This document shows, in pieces, positions 37,036 to 49,059 of a stretch of DNA of 64,000 nucleotides. The stretch is from Macrostomum lignano. Taxonomy: Eukaryota. The notes below the pieces were generated by a model that searched no databases, was not told the DNA's origin, and saw only the letters and a list, made by a program, of their open reading frames with translations. How positions within the stretch are numbered: position 1 is the first letter of the stretch; each line of letters starts with the position of its first letter. Position numbers and translations under genes: made by a program. The stretch spans positions 124,001 through 188,000 of the forward strand of contig NIVC01000851.1 of the NCBI GenBank assembly GCA_002269645.1. Direction: 5' to 3'.

Positions 37036-37612
37036 ATTGGCGCCCTAATCTCCTTGGTTGGCGCCCCAATCTCCTTGGTTGGCGCCCCAATCTCCTTGGT
37101 TGGCGCCCCAATCTCCTTGGTTGGCGCCCCAATCTCCTTGGTTGGCGCCCCAATCTCCTTGGTTGGCGCCCCAATCTCCTTGGTTGGCGCCCCAATCTCC
37201 TTGGTTGGCGCCCCAATCTCCTTGGTTGGCGCCCCAATCTCCTTGGTTGGCGCCCCAATCTCCTTGGTTGGCGCCCCAGTCTCCTTGGTTGGCGCCCCAA
37301 TCTCCTTGGTTGGCGCCCCAATCTCCTTGGTTGGCGCCCCAATCTCCTTGGTTGGCGCCCCAGTCTCCTTGGTTGGCGCCCCAATCTCCTTGGTTGGCGC
37401 CCCAATCTCCTTGGTTGGCGCCCCAATCTCCTTGGTTGGCGCCCCAGTCTCCTTGGTTGGCGCCCCAATCTCCTTGGTTGGCGCCCCAATCTCCTTGGTT
37501 GGCGCCCCAATCTCCTAGATTGGCGCCCTAATCTCCTTGGTTGGCGCCCCAATCTCCTTGGTTGGCGCCCCAATCTCCTTGGTTGGCGCCCCAATCTCCT
37601 TGGTGGGCACCC
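37036..37612. repeat. 21-bp minisatellite (TTGGTTGGCGCCCCAATCTCC), ~27 copies
   Basis: Directly visible. Confidence 0.97.
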
Positions 37613-37726
37613 CTGTCTCTTGTTGGGCACAAAGCTGGGCACATCTCACTAGAAACCTTGTATAACCTTAGCCAAACTTGACCACCAGAAAGCACCGATG
37701 TGATTAAATTCTTCACAAACTCTTAA

Positions 37727-38374
37727 GCAAACTCCGGCCTGAGGGTCACATGCGGCCCGCAAAGATTATCTATCCGGCCCTCGGGTCCTTTGAAATTTCA
37801 CAATAGCAATCCGGCCCGCTCAGGGTTTGTGTCTTCTCTTCTCACTTTTCCTCTCCCTTCATCTCTCCTCTCCTCTCTCCTCTCTTATCTCATCTCCTCT
37901 CTTATCTCCTCTCCTCTCTTATCTTCTCTCTCATCGCATTTTTCACCTCTCCTCCCACCCTTCATCTCTCCTCTCATCTCTTCTTTCCTCTCTCCTCTCC
38001 TCTCTCCTCTCCTCTCTCATCTCTTCTCTCATCGCATTTCTCATCTCGCCTCCCACCTCTCCTCTCTCCTCTCCTCTCTCCTGTCCTCTCTCCTCTCCTC
38101 TCTCTCCTCTCTCATCTCATCCCTCTCTTCTCTTCTCTTATCTCTCTCCTCTCTTTTCTCTCCTCTCCTCTCCATCCTATCCTTTCCTCTGGCCTCTCAT
38201 CTCTTTCCTCTCCTCTCCTCTTTTATCTCTTTTTATTTTCGCTCTCATCTCTTCTCATCTCTTATATCCTCTCTCCTCTTCTCTCCTTTTCCCTCTTCCT
38301 CTCCGGCCACAGCAATGATCTAGCTCGTAGATTCTCTATCTGGTCTCTGAGGTGAAAAAGTTTGCCGACCCCTG
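37727..38374 (+). mobile_element. hAT-Charlie-like non-autonomous element with internal CT-rich tract
   Basis: Right end GAAAAAGTTTGCCGACCCCTG; eroded left end GCAAACTCCGGCC...CACATGCGGCCCGC; homologous to 51931-52100. Confidence 0.7.
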
Positions 38375-38820
38375 TCTTAAAATTAAATCAACAGTCTTAC
38401 AAACTTGAGTGTGAGTCAAAATATAAAAAATATAAAATATAAAATACGAGTCAAAATAGTACTCTGCAGTGTAGATTGCAAACAACAAACAACAACAGCA
38501 AACATCAAAACAGAGATAGAAGTTTGGTCTACTTAATCGGACAGTTTTTCGAGTCGGCCAGCCTCGGTGGCACAATTGAGCAGCAGGGAAACGTTTCTCT
38601 GATTTTGTTGATTCTCAATCGCCGTATTTTCTGCATCTGCAGCAAGAGAATTGCCGCCTGTAAGCCAATTTTGTCCATAATTGAGCTTCATCGAGAGCAA
38701 ATTAGCAAAATGATTGCAGCTGGAAAATTTGGCACTCTTCTCCATCCTCGTGCTTCCCACCCCCCTACTAATTAAGCAATTTAGCGCCAGCTGGTGCCAA
38801 GCCTGTCTGGCTGTCGAGTC

Positions 38821-38828
38821 TATAAAAG
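38821..38828 (+). promoter_or_regulatory. TATA box of the neuropeptide-like gene
   Basis: TATAAAAG about 80 bp upstream of ATG 38903. Confidence 0.55.
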
Positions 38829-38902
38829 CCGGCTTCGAGCGGCAGAGTCAGGACCGCAACCAGAGCTGACTGCAGAAACAATTTGGAAAACAGAAGAAGA
38901 GC

Positions 38903-39298
38903 ATGGCAGCCAAGCAAAAACTGAGCATTGCGCAGCTTCTGCTGCTATTCCTGACTGTCGCTGCTGCTGTCTATGCCGCTTCGGCCCATCCTTGCCGCGG
39001 CAGAAGCCCCGTTGAAGACCCCGACGAGACAGACTTGAAGCATCCTGCCAACAAAGGTAAGCTGAATCCACTTTCTCACGCTATCAGTTCATTAATGCAG
39101 CCAGTAAGCAGCTTATTAATGAACTCCAACCCGGTTGAATATCCCGCAGACTCCGACGTCGAGGCCGGAGACGAACTGGTGAAGAAGCGCTCCTACATTC
39201 CACTGTTCAACTATCTGAAGTTTGCCCTCAAGCACGAGCGATCTGGCCGCTCGCCGGACCCGCCCCGGCGCTGGCACTGGCTCTGGCAGAGGCGTTAA
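38903..39298 (+). CDS. Secreted neuropeptide/prohormone-like precursor (100 aa if intron 39057-39149 is spliced)
   Basis: Signal-peptide-like N-terminus, acidic spacer, KKR, RR and terminal RR sites; probable GTAAGC...CCCGCAG intron. Confidence 0.7.
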   Translation: MAAKQKLSIAQLLLLFLTVAAAVYAASAHPCRGRSPVEDPDETDLKHPANKGKLNPLSHAISSLMQPVSSLLMNSNPVEYPADSDVEAGDELVKKRSYIPLFNYLKFALKHERSGRSPDPPRRWHWLWQRR

Positions 39299-40194
39299 TT
39301 CAGCAACATCTGCCAGCAAATTCAGCAAATTCAGCGTTAATTTAGCATGAAGCAACAACAACAACATCTACTGATGACAAAAAATAAACGCAAACCTTTA
39401 ATATTACTGGCTGCGCGCTCAATTTCAACTGAGGATTTTGCTGCCTCTGTAGTCGCGCAAGGACAACAACCTATTAGAATAAATATACTACGAGCTAATA
39501 TGCTAAATCTTCATGTCATAAGCTTGAAAACATTGCATTGCTTTTCTCTTATTCATTTGACTGCTAAGGTTACTTAATATAGCTTTTTGCAAGCCATTTG
39601 ATATTATGAGCAAGCAATTTAATAATCAGTGAGAAAACCTAGTGCTAAAAGATAGATTTTTCAGTACTTTATGGTCCAAACCATGGGCTTTGGAGCATCC
39701 AATTTAATAATCCGAGCACTCAGTTAGTCATTTCCAGTGTCACTAATATCGCATTTTAACACTGTATTAGGGGAGACAGCAATAATGCACAAACAGTTTG
39801 AAAAGGAAAACAGAGCAACTGAATCTACAGCTGATATGGCAGAAAATTAGCAAACGCAGGTCTCAAGCAGGCAAGTGAAATGTCATTTGAAATAGCTAAG
39901 TATCAGTAATGAGTTTTAGAATTGCTTCACCTGTGATGCAGCGGGAACGAAGCGAAGCATAGTGGCTAAACCATTCACAATTTTGCCTATACAGTTTTGC
40001 AGCTTCACCTTCATCCATCGTGAAATGTGGACAGTGCTGTCTCCCCTTTCAATTGCACTCACAATCAGCTTGTACTTTTCGTTGCACATTCTTCTATCAT
40101 GTTGAATGCGCGCATCTATTTGCAGCAAATGCGAAACCGTTCCTTCTCGTTCACTCGTGCGTGAAGGACATCGTGCACTGCATTTCTCAAGTAT

Positions 40195-40315
40195 GGATGC
40201 TTCAGTGCTTGAGTCGGATGCTTCAGTGCTTGAGTCGGATGCTTCATTGCCTGAGTCGGATGTTTCAGTGCTTGAGTCGGATGCACCAGTGTCTGAGTTG
40301 GATCAGTGGCTCAGT
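40195..40315 (-). repeat. Short 21-bp array, inverted relative to 40577-41520
   Basis: GGATGCTTCAGTGCTTGAGTC is the reverse complement of the edge units of the large array. Confidence 0.85.
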
Positions 40316-40576
40316 ATTTCGGCATAATCCTCACGTGGCTATGTAAAATAATTTCTGCGGCGTAAGAAAAGAAAATTGTCGTTCTTTTGGTAATTTTAAT
40401 GAGCATTTGTAGCTCAATCCACTGATTGCTGCGGCCGGGGCCCCCTATATAGCTCAATATAGCTAATATTACATTCCTTGATTTCGTACATAGAAAAAAA
40501 TTTAGGTAGCGTTATTTTGGGATTTCTTACCGGTAGGAGTACTGAATTTCATGGCTTTAGGAGACCTTCGGTCCAA

Positions 40577-41520
40577 CTCAAGCATCCGACTCAGGCACTG
40601 ATGCATCCGAATCAGACACTAGTGAATCCGACTCAGGCACTGATGCATCCGAATCAGACACTAGTGTATCCGACTCAGGCACTGATGCATCCGAATCAGA
40701 CACTAGTGTATCCGACTCAGGCACTGATGCATCCGAATCAGACACTAGTGTATCCGACTCAGGCACTGATGCATCCGAATCAGACACTAGTGTATCCGAC
40801 TCAGGCACTGATGCATCCGAATCAGACACTAGTGTATCCGACTCAGGCACTGATGCATCCGAATCAGACACTAGTGTATCCGACTCAGGCACTGATGCAT
40901 CCGAATCAGACACTAGTGTATCCGACTCAGGCACTGATGCATCCGAATCAGACACTAGTGTATCCGACTCAGGCACTGATGCATCCGAATCAGACACTAG
41001 TGTATCCGACTCAGGCACTGATGCATCCGAATCAGACACTAGTGTATCCGACTCAGGCACTGATGCATCCGAATCAGACACTAGTGTATCCGACTCAGGC
41101 ACTGATGCATCCGAATCAGACACTAGTGTATCCGACTCAGGCACTGATGCATCCGAATCAGACACTAGTGTATCCGACTCAGGCACTGATGCATCCGAAT
41201 CAGACACTAGTGTATCCGACTCAGGCACTGATGCATCCGAATCAGACACTAGTGTATCCGACTCAGGCACTGATGCATCCGAATCAGACACTAGTGTATC
41301 CGACTCAGGCACTGATGCATCCGAATCAGACACTAGTGTATCCGACTCAGGCACTGATGCATCCGAATCAGACACTAGTGTATCCGACTCAGGCACTGAT
41401 GCATCCGAATCAGACACTAGTGTATCCGACTCAGGCACTGATGCATCCGAATCAGACACTAGTGTATCCGACTCAGGCACTGATGCATCCAACTCAAGCA
41501 CTGAAGCATCCGACTCAGAC
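40577..41520 (+). repeat. 42-bp higher-order repeat (two related 21-mers), ~22 near-perfect copies
   Basis: Unit GCATCCGAATCAGACACTAGT+GTATCCGACTCAGGCACTGAT. Confidence 0.97.
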
Positions 41521-41646
41521 ATAAAGGCACTGAGGCACAGATTTTGCCCCATTCCTTTCGGTACGAATATGGTACTAAAAAAGTGGAAAATAATATAAAA
41601 ATTAAATAGATACGCCACAGATAACTAGAGGATAAATACGAGCGTA

Positions 41647-42003
41647 GGGGGGCCGTAGCCCAGCGGTAGCGCAGCTGCTCTGGTGTGCCAGCGACCCAGG
41701 CTCGATTCCAAGTGCAGTCACATTAATTTGGGGCTGAATTGGAATCTCGGCTTGGCTCTGCTCGTGCAATTAACGGCCTTGAGAGCCAACCCCCAAGGCA
41801 CAGTGAAGTGTACATGCCTAACGATAATATAAAGTTAGGGCCGCTGTACACTCCTGTGTGAGTGTGTGCCTGCGTACGTATCCGCGCGCTTGTATGCCTG
41901 CTCAGGGGAGTCGGCGGAATGGGCAGCAATGCCTCTCGCCGGTTGTGTGCCTATGTCGCTTAAAGTGCGCCAGGGTGCACACAACCCCCCTGCCTCTAAT
42001 AAT
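41647..42003 (+). mobile_element. tRNA-derived SINE, copy 2
   Basis: Same head and body as copy 1; TAATAAT tail; perfect 11-bp TSD ATACGAGCGTA (41636-41646, 42004-42014). Confidence 0.92.
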
Positions 42004-42059
42004 ATACGAGCGTATACCCACAATTTTTTTCTACTTACAGTCTTAAGTGCAGACGCATC

Positions 42060-44470
42060 TCACATTTTTGAACCTGACAGCTTAGCAATTTTGCGCTTCT
42101 GTCGCCCAGAATTCGACTGCACTGTGTTGGTCATCTCCTTGACGAATTTCTTCGCAAAGAAGTGGAAAAGCCGACGAACGATGTGGCTCCGCAGATCGTG
42201 GCCGGATGTGCACATGCTGATGCCAAACACCAGGTGCATGTGCTCCTCGTTGAAAGTGCAGCGATCAATGATCTTGCTGAACAGGGAGCGCTGGCAAGAC
42301 GATCGCAAAAACTGCTTCTTAAGATTACAGTCGGCCCAAATCTCCTGAAAGACTTTCCAACAATGAGCTGCCAGATTAAAAACAAACTCCGATGGCTTCA
42401 CCAGGCCGCCCCTGTCAATGCTGTCCTGGAACGTTGATGAACACAAGCTGGAATCGTCAGTCGCCGATTGAACGTTTTCAAAGTCAGTGAGAAATTCAGA
42501 GCAAGATTTGCACCTCGTAGATCAAATAGTTGATCGAGCGGCATAACCACTTACGAAAAAAGATGATGTTTTTTTTCATAAACTGATGGCTCATGATCAA
42601 GCTTCAGTGCAGCTGCAATGGCATCGGCGGTCGAATTCAGCTCGGACAGCGCTTTCTATATCTGTCAGGCTGATGTTTGAGTACTTAAAGAGGGAGACGG
42701 CCCGATTTTTTTTATCGCTTTCTAAAATCTGCCGCATCGATACATAATAGTTTGCACCAGAGAGTTGACGCAACCACCCGAATCTAGACTCCAGGGCGTC
42801 GGATTGGAGATGACCAAGAAGTACGAAGTTGAATCCGGCGTGATCGAGCAGATATGAAGCACAATCGGAAAGAGACAAACACGCTTGGCGTAAAGCTAGA
42901 AATGTTTCTTTTGACAGTCCCAAGCGACCATTGGCTTCCCAGCGTTGAAGGAAATCCGCGAATTTTCTCAGATGTTTCAGCTTCCAATCTTGCGTTGATG
43001 TAATAGGATCCATGGCGCAATCACGCTGGGAAGTTGGAATCAATGCTTCCCTTTTGTAGATGATTTCACGTTAAAAATTTTCCACAACTCCTCTATCATA
43101 GAAATGAAAAGCGCAGTTTCATGCACGTTCGATATTCTTTGGATTAAGAACAGAAGGCGATAACTTATGAGCTTTTTTGAGTGGAGCGGACGCTTCTAAC
43201 TGATATAGTTGCGTGATGTGATGAAAACTGGCTCGGCAACCATTCGGTAAATCTGGTTCAAAACTTGGGCAATGAAGCTTTGCGCGTTTGAAAATTGTTG
43301 TATACATTTTTTAAGTCGTGCACGGGATCAAAATTAGAAATATTGGCTGTTCCGTAATGGAGTCGTAAATTTTTGTCGTCAGAGTTCCACCGCAAAGGCT
43401 GTTCACAAAAAATTCTGTTAACGGACGCATTATCTACGGAAATTCCTATGCATTCCAAACCAACTTTTCGAACAGTTGTCGTGACGTCATTGTAACAAAG
43501 ATACTGCTTCTCAACTGTCAGAGTAGCTACTGGGAAAATAGCAACCAGGTCTTTGAATCTATTGACTAATGATTTAACCATGAAACAGAGTAGAGTTGAT
43601 GCCACTGACCCTGCGGCTGTCAGCCCATGCACTTCACCATTGCTATATTCGACGCGTTTTGCAATATCATCAATGATAAGTAGACATTTCCTTTCGAAGG
43701 CATTTAGCTTTGAGACACGAAGACTACGCAGTGTTGTCTAACCCAGTGTTGCTTTGAACCTGTCATGTGACCTGAAGTGTCTTAATTGATGGTAGGCACA
43801 AAACATTCTCTTGAAGTAAAACTTTGTAGGCAGCGGAACTGGATGCGTGAATTAGATATGCAAATATTATTAGCTCGGGTGAATAGTTTCTGCTGTATTT
43901 CTTCTTCGCAGCTAGCCTTGGTAGGATTGAAAAACATTTCTCAATAGGAGGGGTCCGAGGACAAAATGAGAGGAAAACGCGTTTGTTTCTTAGGCCACCT
44001 CTGGTACAGCCAGCTGCCTTTTTCAACACAGCCTTCCCGTCCAGTTTATTATCTAGAAGTCCTTGGTTAGAGTCAGATACCTGCCTCAAACTGACGTAGC
44101 AATTTTCTTCAGTGTCAAAGTTCCCGTCTTTACTGATTGTGTATCATCCCTTCTCTCTCTTATCTCTCCTCTACTTTTTCTCTCTCCATCTCCTTACCTT
44201 TTCCCTCTCCCCCTTTCGCCCCATTTCTGCGCGCTATCCAGATATTCATAATAATATTGTAATATTAGTAGTATTATTCATAATATCGCAATCGGCAAGG
44301 CCGTCTGTCCTTATGCTTTTCATTATTTCATTAAATTAATAAAACTATCGCAGTCTATCTCTGCAGTGGAAAACAGTGAAAGTTTTTTCGCTGATGCAGC
44401 ACTCGATCGATTAGCCGTGTTTGAAGAACCGTAGGCGACAGCAGCAGCTGGAGAGGCGTGAAAAGCTTGA
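42060..44470 (-). pseudogene. Degenerate P-element/THAP9-like transposase
   Basis: Fragments in order: eroded THAP-like start (VAYGSSN...NFSLFP), YSPELIIFAY..AAYKVL..CLPSIKTL, ASTLLCFMVKSL, SVDNASVN, FDPVHDLKNVYNN, GHLQSDALESRFGWLRQLSG, DRGGLVKPS. Several frameshifts. Confidence 0.85.
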
Positions 44471-44776
44471 AAAGCGCCCAGCCCACTCTGGCAATTAAAT
44501 AGTAAAGACTAAATTGAAAATTGCCGCACCTGCAGCTCGGCAGAATCAAATTCTAGCCAATTTCAACTCTATTCGAAATTATTCACTAAGAACTGCAATT
44601 ATTACTTTGTAATTGGTAATTACTTGCAGTGGCTACTGCAATTGTATTTTAATTTTTTATTCAATTTTTATTCAACGATAGTAAGTCGCAATTTCTGGAA
44701 ACAATATTCCATATTTTACGTCGAAAATTTCAAGCCAAGTCTGCAGCAGCGGACTTGTTGCAGGCCTCATGAAGGC

Positions 44777-47700
44777 TCAGGTTGGCTTGCCGAATTTCAG
44801 GTACCTCTGGGCGTCCGTAGGTTCGCTGATCATCGCCCCTACAGCTCCGGTGTGACCCGTGATGAGGTAGTGGACATTCAGTGATTGCTGCGGGTGAGCA
44901 ACGGCTCCGTGGGGTGTGCGGCATCCACCAAGTCCTCTCCTGGCCCCATCTCCCGACACCCACCTCAGCCCTCTCCTGGCCCCACCTCCCCGACACCCAC
45001 CTCAGCCCTCTCCTGGCCCCACCTCCCCGACATCCACCTCAGCCCTCCTCTGGCCCCACCTCCCCGACATCACCTCAGCCCTCTCCTGGCCTCACTTTCC
45101 CGTCACCCTCCCAGTCCTCTCCTGGCCCCACCTCGCCGACACCCACCCCAGTCATCTTCTGGCCTCACCTCCCCGACACCTTTCCCAGTCCTCTCCTGGC
45201 CCCACCTCCTCGACACCCACCCAGTCCTCTCCTGGCCAGCATGCAGACCCCAACTCCCAGACACCCATCTCAATCCTGGCCAGCACACAGAACCCACCAT
45301 CTGAAAGAAGTGCTGCTGCCTAAGCATCTCCTGCCGCATGAACGGATCCCGAAAGAAGTTGCCGCCCAAGAAGATGCTGCGAGTGTCGGTCATCTTGGCG
45401 GATGTTGACAGCAGGTTGATCAGGTTGGTGACGAAAGCTGCAACCATGGAAGCGGCGAGATCCTCCTTGCTGCACTTGTTTCCTGCGATTCGGGGCGTTT
45501 AAGCAAAGTTGATGAAGCCACCAGAAAAGTTTAACTACATAATTGTAAAACTATTTGGAAGAGTAGCTGAATACCCTGGGTGAGTGTTGGCCTGCGTACC
45601 TATTCGCGTACCTGTTGGTGCTCAGGAATCAGAAGAATTGGCATGACCATCTTGGCATGACCATCTAAACAACTAGCGTGTAAATTGGGGGCAGTGTTTG
45701 ATTACTTCCAGTCATCTGATTGCATTTCTTAGAAGTCCCTGCTATAACTAGTTCCGAAAAGCAAGATCCTAAACCTAGACTCGCGAACAAAGACTCGCGA
45801 ATTAAGACTCCCAAACAAAAACTCTCGAATAAGGACTCGCGAACAAAGACTCCCGAAAAAGACTCTTGAACAAAGACTCTCGAGCAAAGACACTCAAGCA
45901 AAAAACTCTTGTATATGGACTCACAAACAAAGACTCACAAATAAATACTCTAAAACAAAGACTCGTAAATAGACTCCACAACAAAGACTCAAGAACAAAG
46001 CCTCTCGAGCAGACTCTGGAATAAGGACTATTAAGCAAATACCTCAAACAGACTCTCGAACAAAGACTCTCGAACAAAGAGACTCTAAAACAAAGACTCA
46101 TGCGCTCGCTCACTCTCCAGCTCCAGGTCCACAGCTTTGCCAAACGGGAAGATCGGCAGGCTGGCGGGCATCCGGCCGTAGGGCCCGTCCACCCCGGTCT
46201 GCACCAGGTCTCTGCCCTCGTTGTCGATGTTGCCTCGGCGACCGCGCTCGGCCAGCCGCATTATCTCGTCGTAGCTGCTGGTGCCCAGCAGCATCTTGCC
46301 GAAGCCGAGGAACGACTTGCCGGCCATCCAGAGACTCGTGACCAGGTAGGATTCGCCGTTCTCTTTCAGCTGGGATTTCAGTTGTGGGAAGGGAATTTCA
46401 CCGCAAAATTACAACGATATTTGACATAAGCGCGAACAGGCAGACGCGCGCAGAAAATTTTGACGGCAGTCACCTCACAGATAATTCGACGACTTGCGGT
46501 ACAGAAATCCTTGATACCAAAAAGGCACGAGCCTCCTCTGTTGCCCTCGACTGGCTCCCTTCTTAAACTATTCAGATGAGTGACATCGGATAAGAGTAGT
46601 GGGCTTTTATACGATAAACAGGCATATGCACTAACAGCCACACACAATCCCTCTTCGTGGTTGCAGTTATTCATCTTAAATTTAGGACCACAAATGATTT
46701 ACGAGTTTGTGTACATCACCTGACTGACTAGCGCCCCTCTTTATCTAGCCTCATATGTCCGTAGCGTCCCAAAATAAGGAACCTAAACTAAGTGGCATTC
46801 AGCTTGAAAAAAGTAAGTGCTAATTTAGCATCCGGGGCTCCAAATTAAGGATGCCAAAATGAAAGTTGATAAGGCAAGACCAGATTCATCAGAATGCATG
46901 GCAACTGTTCCCGAGCCCTGCCAGCCCGCTCACAAAGATGACGCCACCGGCGGAACCAATGAAACAGAATAGGCAGGGCAGGGAGGGGGTCGCGCTGGCG
47001 ACATCCTCGCTGCTCAGCTGAAACTGCTGGTTCATGTTGGCCTGCAGCGGGTTCTCAGCCCTGCCAGTGATTTGGCCGAGGTCGGCCTCCGTCTCCGGAT
47101 AGCAGAGCTCCTCAATGGGCAGGTTCTTGATCAGCCAGTGGGCGCCGCGAGTCTGCGACAGGAACTCGTCGATGAATTCCAACCTGAGAGCAGGCAGACA
47201 GGGGAGCACAAACAGTTTCATCTCACCGTCCTGTTCTCGCTTCAAAAGTTGGTCTTCAAGATTTTTTTATCGTTGTGAAAGCCAGTTCTGCTATTTTGTT
47301 TTTGAAAGTAATAATTGTCCGCGTACTACTTCTATGCTACTCATCTGCTAGTCAGTAGTATTGTGTGAAAGCAGTATTACTATCTAATTGTTCCTGTAAG
47401 ATTTAAATTAAGAATTCAGTTGAAGCCAGGATAATTTTATCCTGGATTAATAATTAAAGACGGTGAACCGTGCAAGAACCGACTGATAAGACTGATATCC
47501 CATTACCTGATTGGCTACTAAAGCTACGCTTGTATTTATTAGTTGAGAATCCCAGTTTTACCTATTGTTTGCAACTAATTTTTCGATACCGTCATTTGAC
47601 GGGCAGCAATTCGACTGCCAGTAATAGCAACCAGAATAGCAAATCCTTCAATGAAGTTCTGCTAGCCAACGACCCGAGGTACAACCAACCGTGATTTAAT

Positions 47701-48537
47701 GGCTGTGGGAGGAGAGACATAACCAACCGAGAGGGTGGGGTGGGTGTTTTAATGGCTGTGAGAGGAGAGACATAACCAACCGAGAGAGTGGGGTGGGTGT
47801 TTTAATGGCTGTGGAGGAGAGACATAACCAACCGAGAGGGTGGGGTGGGTGTTTTAATGGCTGTGAGAGGAGAGACATAACCAACCGAGAGGGTGGGTGG
47901 GTGTTTTAATGGCTGTGAGAGGAGAGGCAAAACCAACCGAGAGAGTGGGGTGGGTGTTTTAATGGCTGTGGGAGGAGAGACATAACCAACCGAGAAGGTA
48001 GGGTGGGTGTTTTAATGGCTGTGGGAGGAGAGACATAACCAACCGAGAAGGTAGGGTGGGTGTTTCAATGTCAACCGCTGATTAGCAGCCCCAATAATTC
48101 TTACTCCAGTCCCAATTTCTCCTGAATTAGCTCTCGATATCTGTCGCATCCGACGCCAGTCACGTGCAGTTTGCCACCCTCTCCCCGCTGCAGGATGGCC
48201 TTGCTAGCCAGATAGTCTAGTCCGGCCTCAAAGTGCGTGTTGTTGAAGAGTGCAAGGTGTAGTTTGAAAGTGTCGTCAGAGTTTCCGGCAGTGACGAAGA
48301 GGACCTTGGTGAGGGAACAGCCTGCATGCAACAAGGTGGGTCGGACGGTTAATGCATATAATATAATGGATTCCTAAACCCAGCCAGTATACCGTAAAAG
48401 TAAAATAGTGGCTAATAATTGAATTAATCGAGCCTGAGCCGCTTGCCTCTGTCGATGCCAGCCATGACGGTGACATTTTCCATCGCAGATTTCTGCAACG
48501 TCACAATCTTCTCTTCAATGAGAAAGTTGTCCGCCAT
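44777..48537 (-). CDS. Divergent type II pantothenate-kinase (fumble/ASKHA) family protein, 6 exons, 369 aa
   Basis: Exons 48537-48447, 48321-48105, 47183-46934, 46369-46114, 45482-45298 and 44887-44777 join in frame. Motifs GIDRGCSLTK, HVTGVG, IDEF, FIGS, GKSFLG, EDLAASM, GGNFFR, GHTGAVGAM are colinear with PANK1-3. Confidence 0.8.
44930..45290. repeat. ~37-bp C-rich minisatellite in PanK-like intron 5
   Basis: Unit CCCCACCTCCCCGACACCCACCTCAGCCCTCTCCTGG. Confidence 0.9.
45775..46100. repeat. Degenerate AAAGACTCTCGAAC-type tandem repeat in PanK-like intron 4
   Basis: Recurring AAAGACTC motif. Confidence 0.8.
47693..48066. repeat. ~54-bp minisatellite in PanK-like intron 2, ~7 copies
   Basis: Unit TTTAATGGCTGTG..GAGAGACATAACCAACCGAGAGGGTGGGGTGGGTGTT. 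Confidence 0.92.
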
Positions 48538-49059
48538 GGCTTGTCTCTGTGGGCTCTGTTGACTACTTTGTTGAATAAATTTTGAGTTAGAATGAGAGGC
48601 GAGTGGCACCACAGGCTCTGTACCTTATAGGGTTCAGCTTGGCAACCTTATCAGCTACCTTTACTGACTGATCAGCCATGAAACTGGCTAGATAAGGCTG
48701 TGATTTCTACTGCCAATTTTCATAGCCTACAGAGAAAAAGTGAAGAAAGGTGAACTGGTCGAGAGCCAGATAAAAGGCTGCCATGTGGACTAACAATTTA
48801 GTCTGTTTCATGCAAATTGGGGCCAAGCGGAATGGCTAAATTATGCACTATAGTTAAGGGCACAGTGAGTTATCTGTGTAGCTGAGATTTGGAACTTGCG
48901 ATACACTAATTTTGCAAGAGGGTAACCCTAGAATCTTTGGATCAAATCGGGAGGAAAATCCCCATAATCGAAACAGTTATTTTTAAGAAGATACAGTGCA
49001 GACAACCATGGATTTGAGAGGTTAGTAGTAAAATGAAAACCACAGGATCTGGGAGAGAG

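Noticed and set aside
37036-41520. Regular arrays as CRISPR
   Set aside because: No unique spacers, no cas genes, eukaryotic context.
41616-48878. Large transposon capturing the PanK-like gene, bounded by CACAGATAACT / AGTTATCTGTG
   Set aside because: Only an 11-bp inverted match with no TSD; plausible by chance.
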